Under the pieces are notes generated by a model. It was not told the DNA's origin. It saw only the letters and a list, made by a program, of their open reading frames with translations, and did no database searches. A DNA stretch of 64,000 nucleotides from Eledone cirrhosa (taxonomy: Eukaryota), in contig OZ024743.1 of assembly GCA_964016885.1 (NCBI GenBank), positions 207,204,001-207,268,000 of the forward strand, read 5' to 3'. Of the stretch, positions 26,490 through 37,272 are shown piece by piece. The position numbers and the translations under genes were made by a program. Position 1 is the stretch's first letter; the number at the start of each line of letters is the position of its first letter.

Positions 26490-26806
26490 CATATGTATAT
26501 ACGAAAGCTGTTACAAGGAGTGAGTGTATATTGTGAACAAGTGAAGCATAACACATAACACTCCATGTAAATCAATATAAGAACACGTGTTCCCCTCCAG
26601 CAGTGTTTAAATATAGTAAAAGTAGTGATGTGTATTTTGGTGTATATATATATATATGCCATTTTCTTTCACTTGTACCCACCTAATATATATATGTATA
26701 TATATATATATATATAGGTGGGTACATATGAAAGAAAAGAGCTATTGGCACATAATTTGGTAGTTGAGAATATTTATATTAACATATTAACAGTTTGATT
26801 TAACTT

Positions 26807-26854
26807 TGCCTAACCAGCTGTTTCAAGATGAAAAGACATCTGCCATCAAATGCA
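26807..26854 (-). ncRNA. Decayed hammerhead-like motif
   Basis: UGCAU-UUGAUGG-CAGAUG ucuuuu CAUCUU-GAA-ACAGCUGGU-U-AGGCA. Several core changes; (TA)n lies ~90 nt downstream. Confidence 0.4.
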
Positions 26855-27149
26855 TTGGAGAAAAGACATCTGCCAGTAGATGCAATGAAGAAAAGACCAG
26901 CCCATTATTACAAGCATGGCAATACTAACAATAAATATGGGCACAGATCGAAGACAACATGCATTGGAGAAGTACCCCTCTAAGGTGTCTAACAAATGAA
27001 CTAAAGCATTGTAAACTAGAGAGGACCTTATGATCTTGATGACAACTTGACAATTTCTCTATTGCTGGCACTGTACTAAAATGCACCCAGAATATTCTGT
27101 AAAACGATTGTGCTTGTGCCACGATAACAGGCACTCAGTAGATTTTGTA

Positions 27150-27462
27150 AAGTGATGGTGTTGCTACCATGATAGAAGGTACCCAGCACATTCTGTAATA
27201 TGGTAGTATTGGTGCCATGATAGAAGGCACCCTGTATATTCTGTAAAGTGGCAGTGTTGATGTCATGAAAAATGACACCCTATGCACTCTGTAAAGTGGC
27301 AGTGTTGATGTCATGAAAAATGACACCCTATACACTCTGTAAAGTGGCAGTGTTGATGTCATGAAAAATGACACCCTATACACTCTGTAAAGTGGCAGTG
27401 TTGGTGCTATGATAAATGACACCCTGTACACTCTGTAAAGTGGCAGTGATGGTGCCATGATA
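27150..27462. repeat. 48-bp minisatellite (~6.5 copies) resembling the repeated unit in SINE/RTE 3' regions
   Basis: CACTCTGTAAAGTGGCAGTGTTGATGTCATGAAAAATGACACCCTATA, period 48. Confidence 0.9.
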
Positions 27463-27656
27463 ATTAAGTAAATAACTAGGCACTCTGACTTTGTTCTCAA
27501 CAAAAGAGTTCATCATCAATATTGATGATGCTTAACCGTTTGTACAAGGCTACAGATATGTTAGTCATATTCCCCTACTCTCAGTAGGTGACTCGTATGT
27601 ACCTAATTATACAACATTATTGACAATATAATATATATATATATAATATATATTTA

Positions 27657-27843
27657 GGGCGATGGATTGGCAGTATCGGTAGAGGGTCGGACGCCATGCT
27701 TTGATGCATAGAGTTATGGCCCTTGCCATTCTGAGTTCAAATCCCGCCAAGGTTAAGTTTGCCTTTCATCCTTACGGGGTTGATAAAATAAAGTACGAGT
27801 AATACACTGGGTAATTGCTGGCCTTGTGCCAAAAGTAGAAACA
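27657..27843 (+). mobile_element. tRNA-derived SINE, family A, with 17-bp TSD and a 5' (TA) filler
   Basis: ATTATTGACAATATAAT at 27616-27632 and 27844-27860. Confidence 0.9.
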
Positions 27844-28079
27844 ATTATTGACAATATAATCTGAGCCAACTGAAGTCATTGGCATCATGGGCTCAAGTTC
27901 CTAAGCAGTCATGGTTAAACTGTGGTCCATGGGTTGTATGTGGTCCATCTGGCTTTCTAAATGACACACCTAACGAAAAATTACCTTGATTTATTTTTTT
28001 TTAGTAGTGCAGCCCACCTTATGATGTACAACATTTCATGAGGTCACTGCTCAACAATAATTGCCCATGCTTGTTCTTG

Positions 28080-28262
28080 AGAATGCCACATTCTGGAGGG
28101 TGCTACTTTAAAGAAGGTGCCATGTTCTGGAGGATACCGCTTTTTAGAAGGTGCCATGTTCTGGGTGCCATGTTTTAGAAGGTGACATGTTATGGAGGGT
28201 GCCACTTATCGGAAGGTTCCACATTCTAGAGGATGCCTTTTTTCTGGAAGGTTCCACATCAT
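28080..28262. repeat. Degenerate short tandem repeat (GAAGGTGCCATGTTCTGGAGG core)
   Basis: Direct reading. Confidence 0.65.
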
Positions 28263-29723
28263 ATTTAGATTCTTCCAAATACAAAAATGAAAAATGTGAA
28301 AATTATAAATAAAATGAATGAGAAATGAAATGTTAAAATTCCTTGAGATTTGTTACAGCTCCAAGATATCAATGGCACACTTCAGACATTCTCTGATCCC
28401 CCCCATCCACCCCCATCCACTCCCATCCACCCCATCCACTCCCATCCATTCTCATTTACCCCTATCCTCTACTCAGGAGATCGGGGTAGGTGTTTCTAGC
28501 ACAAATATGTCAAAATCATTGCCAGTGATGTGGATATGCTCTCTTTCTCTCTCTCACTCTCTCTTTCTTTCTCTCCCTCTCTTAGTTTCTCTCTCTCACC
28601 ATCTCCCTTTCACTATTTCTTTTCGTCCTTCTCTCTCTCCTTCCCTCTTAATTTTCCTCTCTTTTCTCCTCCTAATTTCCCTCTCATTTTCTCTTTCCTT
28701 CTCACTCTCTCTTTCCTTCTCACTCTCTCTTTCTATCTTACTCTCTCTTTTGTTCTGTCTCTTTCTCCCCACCCTCTCCTAGTCATTTTCATGAAACACA
28801 CTTTACTCTCTTAAGAAATGAAGAACACAATGATTTGATGAATATTTGGCTACTGTTTCTAACTGATCAAGTGACCAACATAAACTCTTATTCAATGTGT
28901 GTCTAACCACATTGGCTGACTGGGTGGCAGAGATGTTGTGGTGTTCATTACATTTTCAAGAACATTAGCAGCCTTAGGAAACAAGAAACTGTACTAGCTA
29001 CAATGGCACATCAACCATTAATCTGTGAACCACTTGAAATGCTAGAAATAGCAGTCAAAACCTTCCTCAAATCATGTTCCACCCTTTTAGAAAAAGAACA
29101 CATTGGATAATATGGTCCTGGATTCCTTACGTCTGGGAAAATGATAGTATTGTCGTGGCTGGAATGTTTTTGATCATGGGTCTATTTTCAATCATAGTTG
29201 ACCTGGGTTTAAACAAAAACAATCATTAGAAGTAACATTAACATAGTATGATACATAATAGAATTGTATATGAAAGCATATATGATATGTTTATGTTTAA
29301 AAAACATACAAAAGTCTCACTATGAATATTTTAAGCTGTGATCATGTCACAGCTACAGGAAGCAAATTGACAGAGTTATTAGAACATCGGATAGAATGCT
29401 TTATGGTATTCATTCTGGTTCTCTGCTCTCTGAGTACAAATCTTAACTTTGCCTTTCATCCTTTCGAGGTCAATAAAATAAGTACCAGTCTAGTATTGAG
29501 GGTTAATTCTTCCTCTATATATCTTTCTCATTTTCTCTCTCTCACTTTCTATCTTTCTCTGGAAATCTTCTTACTCAGGCCTGGAGAGGGATGGGCTCTG
29601 GCAGGCTTTAAAAATGCCCAAGAAATGGCGTATATCAATACGGCGCCCCTATGACTCTATCAAGAGTTACGGGACCATACATACATACATGTCACAGCTA
29701 TCTCATTCAGTAGCTGGATGAAA

Positions 29724-29768
29724 ATGTCAGACACATGTCTCTGGATTTTTATCCGTCATCGAGCACAT
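29724..29768 (-). ncRNA. Decayed hammerhead-like motif
   Basis: AUGUGC-UCGAUGA-C-GGAU aaaa AUCC-A-GAG-ACAUGUGU-C-UGACAU. Same C/A-flanked stem II layout as 18811; core mutated. Confidence 0.4.
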
Positions 29769-29859
29769 TTAGTCATGTGTTACTGAGATAAGAATAAGTT
29801 ATAGCTTATGTACTTTTTTGCATATGAAACTTTGACTGGAAATGCTCATTTGTAGTTGC

Positions 29860-30020
29860 CTTCCTTGTAGTTCTTGGTACTAAGATAGCATTTAACAATG
29901 TTCTTGTAGTTCTTGGTACAAAGATAGCATTTAACAATGTTCTTGTAGTTCTTGGTACAAAGATAGCATTTAAGAATGTTCTTGTAGTTCTTGGTACAAA
30001 GATAGCATTTAACAATGTTC
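29860..30020. repeat. 39-bp tandem repeat x4
   Basis: TTCTTGTAGTTCTTGGTACAAAGATAGCATTTAACAATG. Confidence 0.95.
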
Positions 30021-30358
30021 CAGATCATTGCTTCATGCCACCTCCTTTTTTTCATGGGAGAAGTCAACTTTTTATATATAGCTTGCAATAATCAATAGAT
30101 TATAGAGTTGTTGTCTTGTTATAAGACTCCATAGTAGTGTGACATGGCACAACATGTCAACTATCTCCTCATTTACTCTCTCTTTCTCTCTCTCTCTTTC
30201 TAGGAATTAGCTAAAAAGAACCCTCACAACTCCACACCCTAACATGCACAATACAACATATGTTTCCACCACACAAATAATGGATTTATAATGTCATGTT
30301 CTTCAACTTTCTTGAATTAGCATTAATCCTTACCATCTTGCAATAATTTAGCAGAAAA

Positions 30359-30542
30359 GGCGGTGGATTGGCAGTATCGGTAGAGGGTCGGACGCCATGC
30401 TTTCCAGCATAGTTACGTCCCTTTACGATCTGAGTTCAAATCCCACCGAGGTTGACTTTGCCTTTCATCCTTACGGGGTCGATAAAATAAAGTACCAGTA
30501 ATGTACTGAGTAATTGCTGGCCTTGTGCCTAAAGTAGAAACA
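30359..30542 (+). mobile_element. Full-length tRNA-derived SINE, family A, with 17-bp TSD
   Basis: AATAATTTAGCAGAAAA at 30342-30358 and 30543-30559; A and B boxes. Confidence 0.92.
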
Positions 30543-31732
30543 AATAATTTAGCAGAAAATATCTAAACAAAGCTTTGTCAATTCAAATGTTTATAGTATC
30601 TTTATTAGTGGAAATATCATTGTGAAGATTTGCTGCATTAGAGTAAAGACTATACACTTTCATGTGATGCAGTCATATTGTTGTTTTGTACTTTTTAAGA
30701 TTGTCGTGCTAATACAATTTCATGTGTTACAGAACATTAAGACTTAAATGACTAAAAATATGGCATCCTTCTGTATTTTTTTAAAACCTTTTGATACCAA
30801 ACCACCTGAAACTGGTTCTGGTTCTAAAATATTGTGGTATTTATTTAAAAACTTTCATCATAATTTTATGTAATAACCTTTAAGTTATGCTTCATACACC
30901 AGCTTAATTACAAGACAGTTAAACAAAATGTAAATTATAAATACAAATGATGATAACGATGATTATCTGTCATCCTTCTGCATTCTTTTTTAATTTTTTT
31001 TAAGACATGAAATATTGTTGGCCATTTCCTGCTTTCATCTTTTATTTTATTCTACATCAATTAGCACCACTTAAGTAATTTATGCTTTGATGCCAACTTA
31101 TTTACACCATCAATTAAAAGAAAAAAAGCCATTAATTTATTTGCGAAACAAACCATGAGAATCTTGCAGATTCTTTGAGTCATTGAAGCTTGATACAATG
31201 TCCTAAACATCTTTATTTCAAACATTACCCAGCTGTTGAGTAGACATATCTAAGAAGAAGAAAAAATCAGTTAAGTAGACACTTAATATACAGTAGATAC
31301 AGTAATAAGCACTCTTATTATATCTGATACTACTTCATGTAAGATGGATAGAAAACATATTCTTCAGTGTTGTTACTGGTGGGTAGAACTAGTCACTGAG
31401 TTAGTACCAATACTATGATACAAATGTAATCACCAACGACCTAGTGGTGTGGTAAAAAGAAACAGTAAGAAACAAACAGACCCTGTCTGTATATCCTATG
31501 TTCTAAACTGATCGGATACCAGGCAGCTTGTTGTAGTGTTGGTGTTAATGTTGGTGCCGTGGATATGTATGACTGCTCAGTCAATAGCTTCTATTGTATA
31601 AAGATGTTCCAAGGTAGGTAAATATATATATATATATATATGTATGTAAAAGGTAAACAGAAATAACAAGACAATTGGTGCAGTATATGGAAGGTATATA
31701 TTAGGTTAACACTTGATATAGCAGGAAGAGTG

Positions 31733-31768
31733 TCTTAACGTTTCGGACGCTAGTCCTTCATCAGAAGA
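31733..31768 (-). ncRNA. Minimal type I hammerhead ribozyme motif (36 nt)
   Basis: UCUU-CUGAUGA-A-GGAC UAGC GUCC-GAA-ACGU-U^AAGA. Stem III is reduced to the loopless palindrome ACGU. Confidence 0.8.
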
Positions 31769-32473
31769 AAGAAAGAGAAATAAAATAGATTAAGGGGACG
31801 GGCGGGATGGAATTGGAAAAAATGTCTTTAGATAAAAATAATAGGTCCATTCATGTTGACATCTCTTAATAGGGAACAGCTTTTCTTTCAGTTATGATAT
31901 ATTGAAAATATAGGTGATGACTTAGCAGATTCATAAGAATATTAGATAAAGTGCCTTGCATTATTTGTTCTATTTCGAAACCAAAGTAATCCTTTTATCT
32001 TTTTGCGGTCAAGAAAATGTATCCGGCAATATTGGAGTCGATTCTTCCTCTATATCTCTTTCTCACATCCTATCTATCATTCTTGTTTTCTGGAAGAAAT
32101 TGACTGTGTTCAGTCATGGAAAGAGCATGGGCTCTGGCATGTTTAAAATGTTTAACACACACTGTATGTCACTACAATGACCCTATGGTTCCACCAGGAG
32201 GTACAGGTCCATACATACACACACATGCATACATACACATAGACACACACACATACATACACACATATATACACATACATACACACACACACACACACAT
32301 ACAGACATTACATAGATACATGCATATATATACACACACATACATACATTACATACATACATTTTATACATACATATGGAAGATATCATTGTGCTCAAAC
32401 ATATTTTTATTCAGGATTTTTTAATATTTTTTTTTTATTCTTTGTTTGGCTTAGAGCATTTGTATTCTTAAAG

Positions 32474-32678
32474 CCATAAGTCTATTAATGTTTCTAGACT
32501 TTCACAGCCCCATCTTCAGAATATGAATAATAATATTAGTGGTGCGTTGATTGTATGCTTTACAGCGGCTGCAAAAGATCATGAAAGTAATACTACTATC
32601 CTGGGTAACTGATTTAGATGTTGCTGAAGGTTTGAAGATGGGGGCCTTGAAGGTCTTGAAACATTAATAGACTTATGG
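32474..32678. repeat. Inverted pair of decayed hammerhead-like repeats (32474-32523 minus, 32631-32678 plus)
   Basis: Both read (C/U)UGAAGA-U-GGGGC...GUCU-(A/U)-GAAACAUUAAUAGACUUAUGG. ACAUU is probably CpG-decayed ACGUU. Confidence 0.6.
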
Positions 32679-32871
32679 ATAAACAAAGAAATATTCTCAG
32701 TATGTATATGTGTGAGTGTGTATATATATAGGATGTGTGTGAATATATATATATATATATATATTCAAAATTAAATTAAATTAAATTAAGGGTGTCATGT
32801 CAGAGAGACATGCGCCATATCCACTGTAGAATATGCTCCAAGATTCCAATGAATAGATCCGAGCATTTTAT

Positions 32872-33093
32872 ATCAACTAGAAATTGATTGACATATGTAT
32901 ATATCTAAAATAAACATATGAAACAATCACAGGGAATAATTTATAAAAGTGTGTAAGCACACATAGCTATGTAGGTAACTAATTAGTTACCTACATAGCT
33001 ATGTGTGCTTACACACTTTTATAAATTATTCCCTGTGATTGTTTCATATGTTTATTTTAGATATATACATATGTCAATCAATTTCTAGTTGAT
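32872..33093. repeat. Perfect 222-bp spacerless palindrome
   Basis: Arms read as exact reverse complements, centred on GTAACTAA|TTAGTTAC at 32982/32983. Confidence 0.92.
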
Positions 33094-36000
33094 CATCATC
33101 AACGTTTAACGTCCGTGTTCCACGCTTGCATGGGTTTGGACGGGGGTAGTCCCACTTGAGGCAAGAGTGATTGTCTTGCTCGCATAGGACTGTCTGGCAG
33201 GTTTTCTACAGTTGGATGCCCTTCCTAACACCAACCACATTTACAGTGTGGGTCTGGGAGGTTTTTACCGTGTTGCCTACACGGCCACATTACAGCGTGG
33301 ACTGTGTGTTTTTTTGTCGTGACACCTACACGATCTCATTTGTTTCGGCCTGGATGGCGCGGCACCAACATAACTTTACATAGGACGGGGTGGTGTGGAT
33401 GGGTGGGGGTGGTGGCGGGACGGGGTGTATTTTGTTAGAGATGCCTACTGGCAAGGCGGGTCTTCTCTGTTACTGAGTACCGCCAAAGGCCTCGGTCCAG
33501 TGACATTGTCTTGGAGAGGTGTAAGTGTGTGAGGTCGGAGTTTATCAGCTCGTCCCAGGTTTTTCTAGGTCTGCCTATTCCGTGGCTACCGTCTATCTTT
33601 ATTGCCCTGCACTTTGTTATACAGCTATCGTCTTTCATGCGCATCACGTGTCCATACCAACGTAGCCTTCTCTCGAGTAAACAACATCTGATCCCTCTTA
33701 TCTCTAATTTTTTCCTTAGTTCGTTTATGCTTTGCCGTTCACGTATATTACTGTTACACATCCAGCGGAGCATGCAAGCTTCGTTCCTCTCTAGTCTGCG
33801 TATATCCTCTGCACACAATGCCCAGGTCTCACTGCCATGCAACATTGCTGTTCGTATGCAGGCATCGTACAACCTGCCTTTCAATTTTAGGGAGAACCCT
33901 TTAGCAGCTAATAGTGGTATAAGTTCTCTGAACTTTTTCCAACCAGTTCTGACTCTAGCTACAGTACTTTCAGAGCACCCTCCCCCACTGCTGATTTTAT
34001 CGCCCAGGTAACGGAAGCTGTCCACTATTTCTATAGAACCCTCTGCGCAATTGAAAGAGCTAGTATTTAGTGGGCACTTGCTGCTACTTATTGCACCAGA
34101 ACACCGGCCACATGTAAAATCTATGTTCTTAGTTAGCTTACCTGTGATCCCACTACATCTTTTATGCACCCATACTTTGCATTTAGGACATAAAATGGAG
34201 TTTCTACCTACGCCTTTCCTACACACCGAGCACGACCATTTCCCAGAAGGGACCGCCGCCTTGTTTTCTTTCCTACAAACTAGAACTTTGGTCTTAGCCA
34301 GGTTAATTTTAAGTCCTTTTGACTCTAGGCCGTGCTTCCATGTTTGGAATTTCTTCTCTAGCTCGGCCATTGATTCCGCTATGAGTGTCAGGTCGTCTGC
34401 GTATAGGAGTTCCCATGGGCAGCCTGTCTTGAACTCCTCTGTTATAGCCTGAAGGGCAATAATAAATAGTAGGGGGCTGAGAACAGAGCCCTGATGGACG
34501 CCAACTTTTACGCTAAACTCTTCACTATATTCGTTGTTAATTCTAACCTTGCTGACTGTTTCTTTATACATGGCTTGTATGGCCCTCACAAGCCATTCGT
34601 CAACGCCTAGTTTTCTAAGAGCCCACCAGATAATGGAGCGGGGGACTCTGTCGAAGGCTTTCTCCAGGTCGACAAAAGCTAAGTAGAGGGGTTTACCTTT
34701 AGCTAGGAACTTCTCCTGTAGTTGTCGTACTATGAAAAGAGCGTCTGTGGTACTTTTGCCTGACACAAACCCGAACTGCATTTCATCTAGGTCAATTCTC
34801 TCTCTGATTAGTTGCGCTATTACTTTTTCCGTGACCTTCATGACCTGGTCGATTAATTTAATGCCTCTATAGTTACTCCTATCTAGGGCGTCTCCTTTAC
34901 CCTTATAACAGTTAACGATGATGCTGCTATGCCAGTCCTTCGGAACAACCCCATTCTGTACGACTTGGTTAACTATGCGGGTGACCATGGTGTGTCCCAC
35001 CGTGCCAGATGCCTTCAGCATCTCAGCAACTATTTCCGAAGGCCCAGCCGCCTTACCTGTCTTTATATCCTTGATTGCCTTACTTATTATACTCCCCTCG
35101 ACTAACACTGCTGGTCCCTCTATTGGGTCGACATGGGGGAGACTGTCTTTCTCCCATTTATTCTCCTCATTTAGTAGCCTTTCATAGTGACACTTCCAAG
35201 CTACCTTCTTATCAGTGTCGGTGATGGCAAGTATGCCATCATTGTTAAGTACACACTTCTCCCCGACAATATCACGGTTTTCCTTGACGCATTGCCTAGC
35301 AATCCTGAACACCTCACATTTTTGGTCATCGCGTTGTAGGACATGCTTGAACTTTCTTTCCTCAGCTTCCCTTCTTGCTAAGTACACTTCTCTCCTAGCT
35401 TCCCTCCTGGCCACTTGATAGTCTACTCTACTTCCCCCATCCCGCCATACTTTCCAAGCCTGCTTTTTGGCCTTAATTGACCCCTCCACCTTACTGTTCC
35501 ACCACCATGTTACTCTCCTCCTGCCTACAGGCCTGCTCCAGCCACAGACTTCGTCTGTCGCCAACAGCAGGTTTGCTTTCAGAAATTCCCACTGTCCCTC
35601 TATATTGTCCGACTCTAAATGTTCTTCCTTACTGTCGAAAGCATCAAGTAATATGTTTTGAAATTTATTTTTGGCTGTGGGGTCCTTTAGCTTCCATATT
35701 TTTCTCCTGAGGATAGTCCTCTTCTGCTGTCGAGTACGTCTCGTCCTGACTATGAGGTCGCTAATTATCAGTCTATGTTGGGAGGTGCATTCTTCATGGG
35801 GGAGGGATTTAGTGTTTACAACAGACACTCTGTCACGTCTTCTGGTAAGGATATAATCTACCTGGCTTGTGTGTTCCCCGGATCTATAGGTGATCAGGTG
35901 ATTGTCACGTTTTTTGAAGTTAGTGTTACAGATAGTTAGGTTATTTGCATCACAGAATTCCAGGATTCTGGAGCCTTCCTCATTTCTAGTACCAAACCCA

Positions 36001-36865
36001 TAGCCTCCATGGATTTCGTCGTAGCCGTCACAATGTTGCCCAACGTGACCATTTAGGTCGCCTGCAATAATTATATAGTCACTGTCAGATATTTGGGAGG
36101 TAGTGAGCATCAGTGTCTCATAGAATCTGTCTTTTATAGTGCCGGGCAGTCCGGATTGGGGTGCGTACGCAGATATTACTGTCACCGTAGTTCTATTGAG
36201 GACAAGTCGTATTTTAATTATTCTGTCGTTCACTCTATTTACGTCTATTATCTTATCTGCCCACTTTTCTGCTACCATGATTCCTACTCCACCCAGCCCA
36301 TCGTCGTTTCCCACCCAGAAAAGCTTATAACATCGTTTTTTACCCTCAATGAATCTAGCAGACCCACCCCTCCACCTGGTCTCTTGAATACAACAAACAT
36401 CGACCTCCTTACGTTCAAGCATTTCTACAACCTCGTTAGCGCGACCCTTTAGGGTGCCTACATTTATGGTACCAACTCTGAAGTTTTGGATCGCGTTTGG
36501 AGGGTGGGGGTGGTGGGGGGCGGGGGGAGATGGGGTTATGTTAGCCATCCGCGGGCGAAACAAAGAAGAGTGCTCGCATTCTCGTCCACGAGGTGAATTT
36601 GACTTTAGCATTGGCATTTTCGCTCTGAGCGTCCAGATTTTTCTCTCCCTTCCACTCTCCAGGATTCCGTAGTCCGTCCATCCATCCATCCATCCATCAT
36701 ATATCGAAGGCAACCGTGCAAGCGATAGTATAGGCCTCTGGCTTATGATTGGTCCGCGTAATAATAATAATGGTGATGCGTGTGGGGGGGGGGTCTCTGG
36801 CTTATAATAATAATGGTGATGCGTGTGGGGGGGGGGGTCTCTGGCTTATGATTGGTCCACGTATT
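33094..36865 (-). mobile_element. Full-length RTE-clade non-LTR retrotransposon
   Basis: Single intact ORF, ~340-bp 3' UTR ending in (TGA)n, and short tandem repeats at the 5' end. Confidence 0.95.
33435..36617 (-). CDS. RTE LINE polyprotein: AP endonuclease + reverse transcriptase with an inserted PHD-like Cys/His finger
   Basis: APE motifs GTINV, IQETRW, SAYAPQ, GDLNGH, DYIL, SQHRL. RT motifs YRGIKL, QFGF, FVDLEKAFDRV, GVHQGSVLSP, YADD, FRYLG. RTE C-terminus HGSETW...RLRWYGHV...GRPRKTW. The frame is open from 36713; the start codon is uncertain (36617 chosen). Confidence 0.93.
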   Translation of the reverse strand: MPMLKSNSPRGRECEHSSLFRPRMANITPSPPAPHHPHPPNAIQNFRVGTINVGTLKGRANEVVEMLERKEVDVCCIQETRWRGGSARFIEGKKRCYKLFWVGNDDGLGGVGIMVAEKWADKIIDVNRVNDRIIKIRLVLNRTTVTVISAYAPQSGLPGTIKDRFYETLMLTTSQISDSDYIIIAGDLNGHVGQHCDGYDEIHGGYGFGTRNEEGSRILEFCDANNLTICNTNFKKRDNHLITYRSGEHTSQVDYILTRRRDRVSVVNTKSLPHEECTSQHRLIISDLIVRTRRTRQQKRTILRRKIWKLKDPTAKNKFQNILLDAFDSKEEHLESDNIEGQWEFLKANLLLATDEVCGWSRPVGRRRVTWWWNSKVEGSIKAKKQAWKVWRDGGSRVDYQVARREARREVYLARREAEERKFKHVLQRDDQKCEVFRIARQCVKENRDIVGEKCVLNNDGILAITDTDKKVAWKCHYERLLNEENKWEKDSLPHVDPIEGPAVLVEGSIISKAIKDIKTGKAAGPSEIVAEMLKASGTVGHTMVTRIVNQVVQNGVVPKDWHSSIIVNCYKGKGDALDRSNYRGIKLIDQVMKVTEKVIAQLIRERIDLDEMQFGFVSGKSTTDALFIVRQLQEKFLAKGKPLYLAFVDLEKAFDRVPRSIIWWALRKLGVDEWLVRAIQAMYKETVSKVRINNEYSEEFSVKVGVHQGSVLSPLLFIIALQAITEEFKTGCPWELLYADDLTLIAESMAELEKKFQTWKHGLESKGLKINLAKTKVLVCRKENKAAVPSGKWSCSVCRKGVGRNSILCPKCKVWVHKRCSGITGKLTKNIDFTCGRCSGAISSSKCPLNTSSFNCAEGSIEIVDSFRYLGDKISSGGGCSESTVARVRTGWKKFRELIPLLAAKGFSLKLKGRLYDACIRTAMLHGSETWALCAEDIRRLERNEACMLRWMCNSNIRERQSINELRKKLEIRGIRCCLLERRLRWYGHVMRMKDDSCITKCRAIKIDGSHGIGRPRKTWDELINSDLTHLHLSKTMSLDRGLWRYSVTEKTRLASRHL

Positions 36866-36949
36866 AAGAATATATATATATATAGAATATATATATATAT
36901 AGAATATATATAGAATATATATTAAGAATATATATATATATAGTTCACT

Positions 36950-37112
36950 ATAAATGTGGTTGGTGTTAGGAAGGGCACCCATCCATAGAAACACAGCCAA
37001 AACCAGTCCTTTATGAGCAAGTCATGGTCATCGGATCTGGCTTGTCTCATAATGGGGCAACACATCTATCCAATGCTAGCGTGGAAAATGGACGTTAAAC
37101 GATGACGATGAT
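36950..37112 (+). mobile_element. SINE/LINE 3' fragment with RTE-type tail
   Basis: GGTTGGTGTTAGGAAGGGCA...ATGCTAGCGTGGAAAATGGACGTTAAACGATGACGATGA. Confidence 0.7.
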
Positions 37113-37272
37113 ATATATATATATATATATATATAATCTTCTATGTAAGTACATCAATATGTTTTAAATTTTATTTAAATCTACATATCATTTGCTCTAT
37201 ATATGTGTACAAAATGCTAGTTAGTTTCTCAATTGATATATGCATGTATATATCACTTACAAATATGATATA

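Noticed and set aside
33383-33428. G-quadruplex-like G-runs in the RTE 3' UTR
   Set aside because: The G-rich strand is antisense to the element RNA and the runs vary between copies; no functional evidence.
36530-36720. HDV-like ribozyme at the RTE 5' end (known for some RTEs)
   Set aside because: GCUAA motifs and a hairpin are present, but I could not assemble the nested double pseudoknot by eye; it needs a descriptor search.
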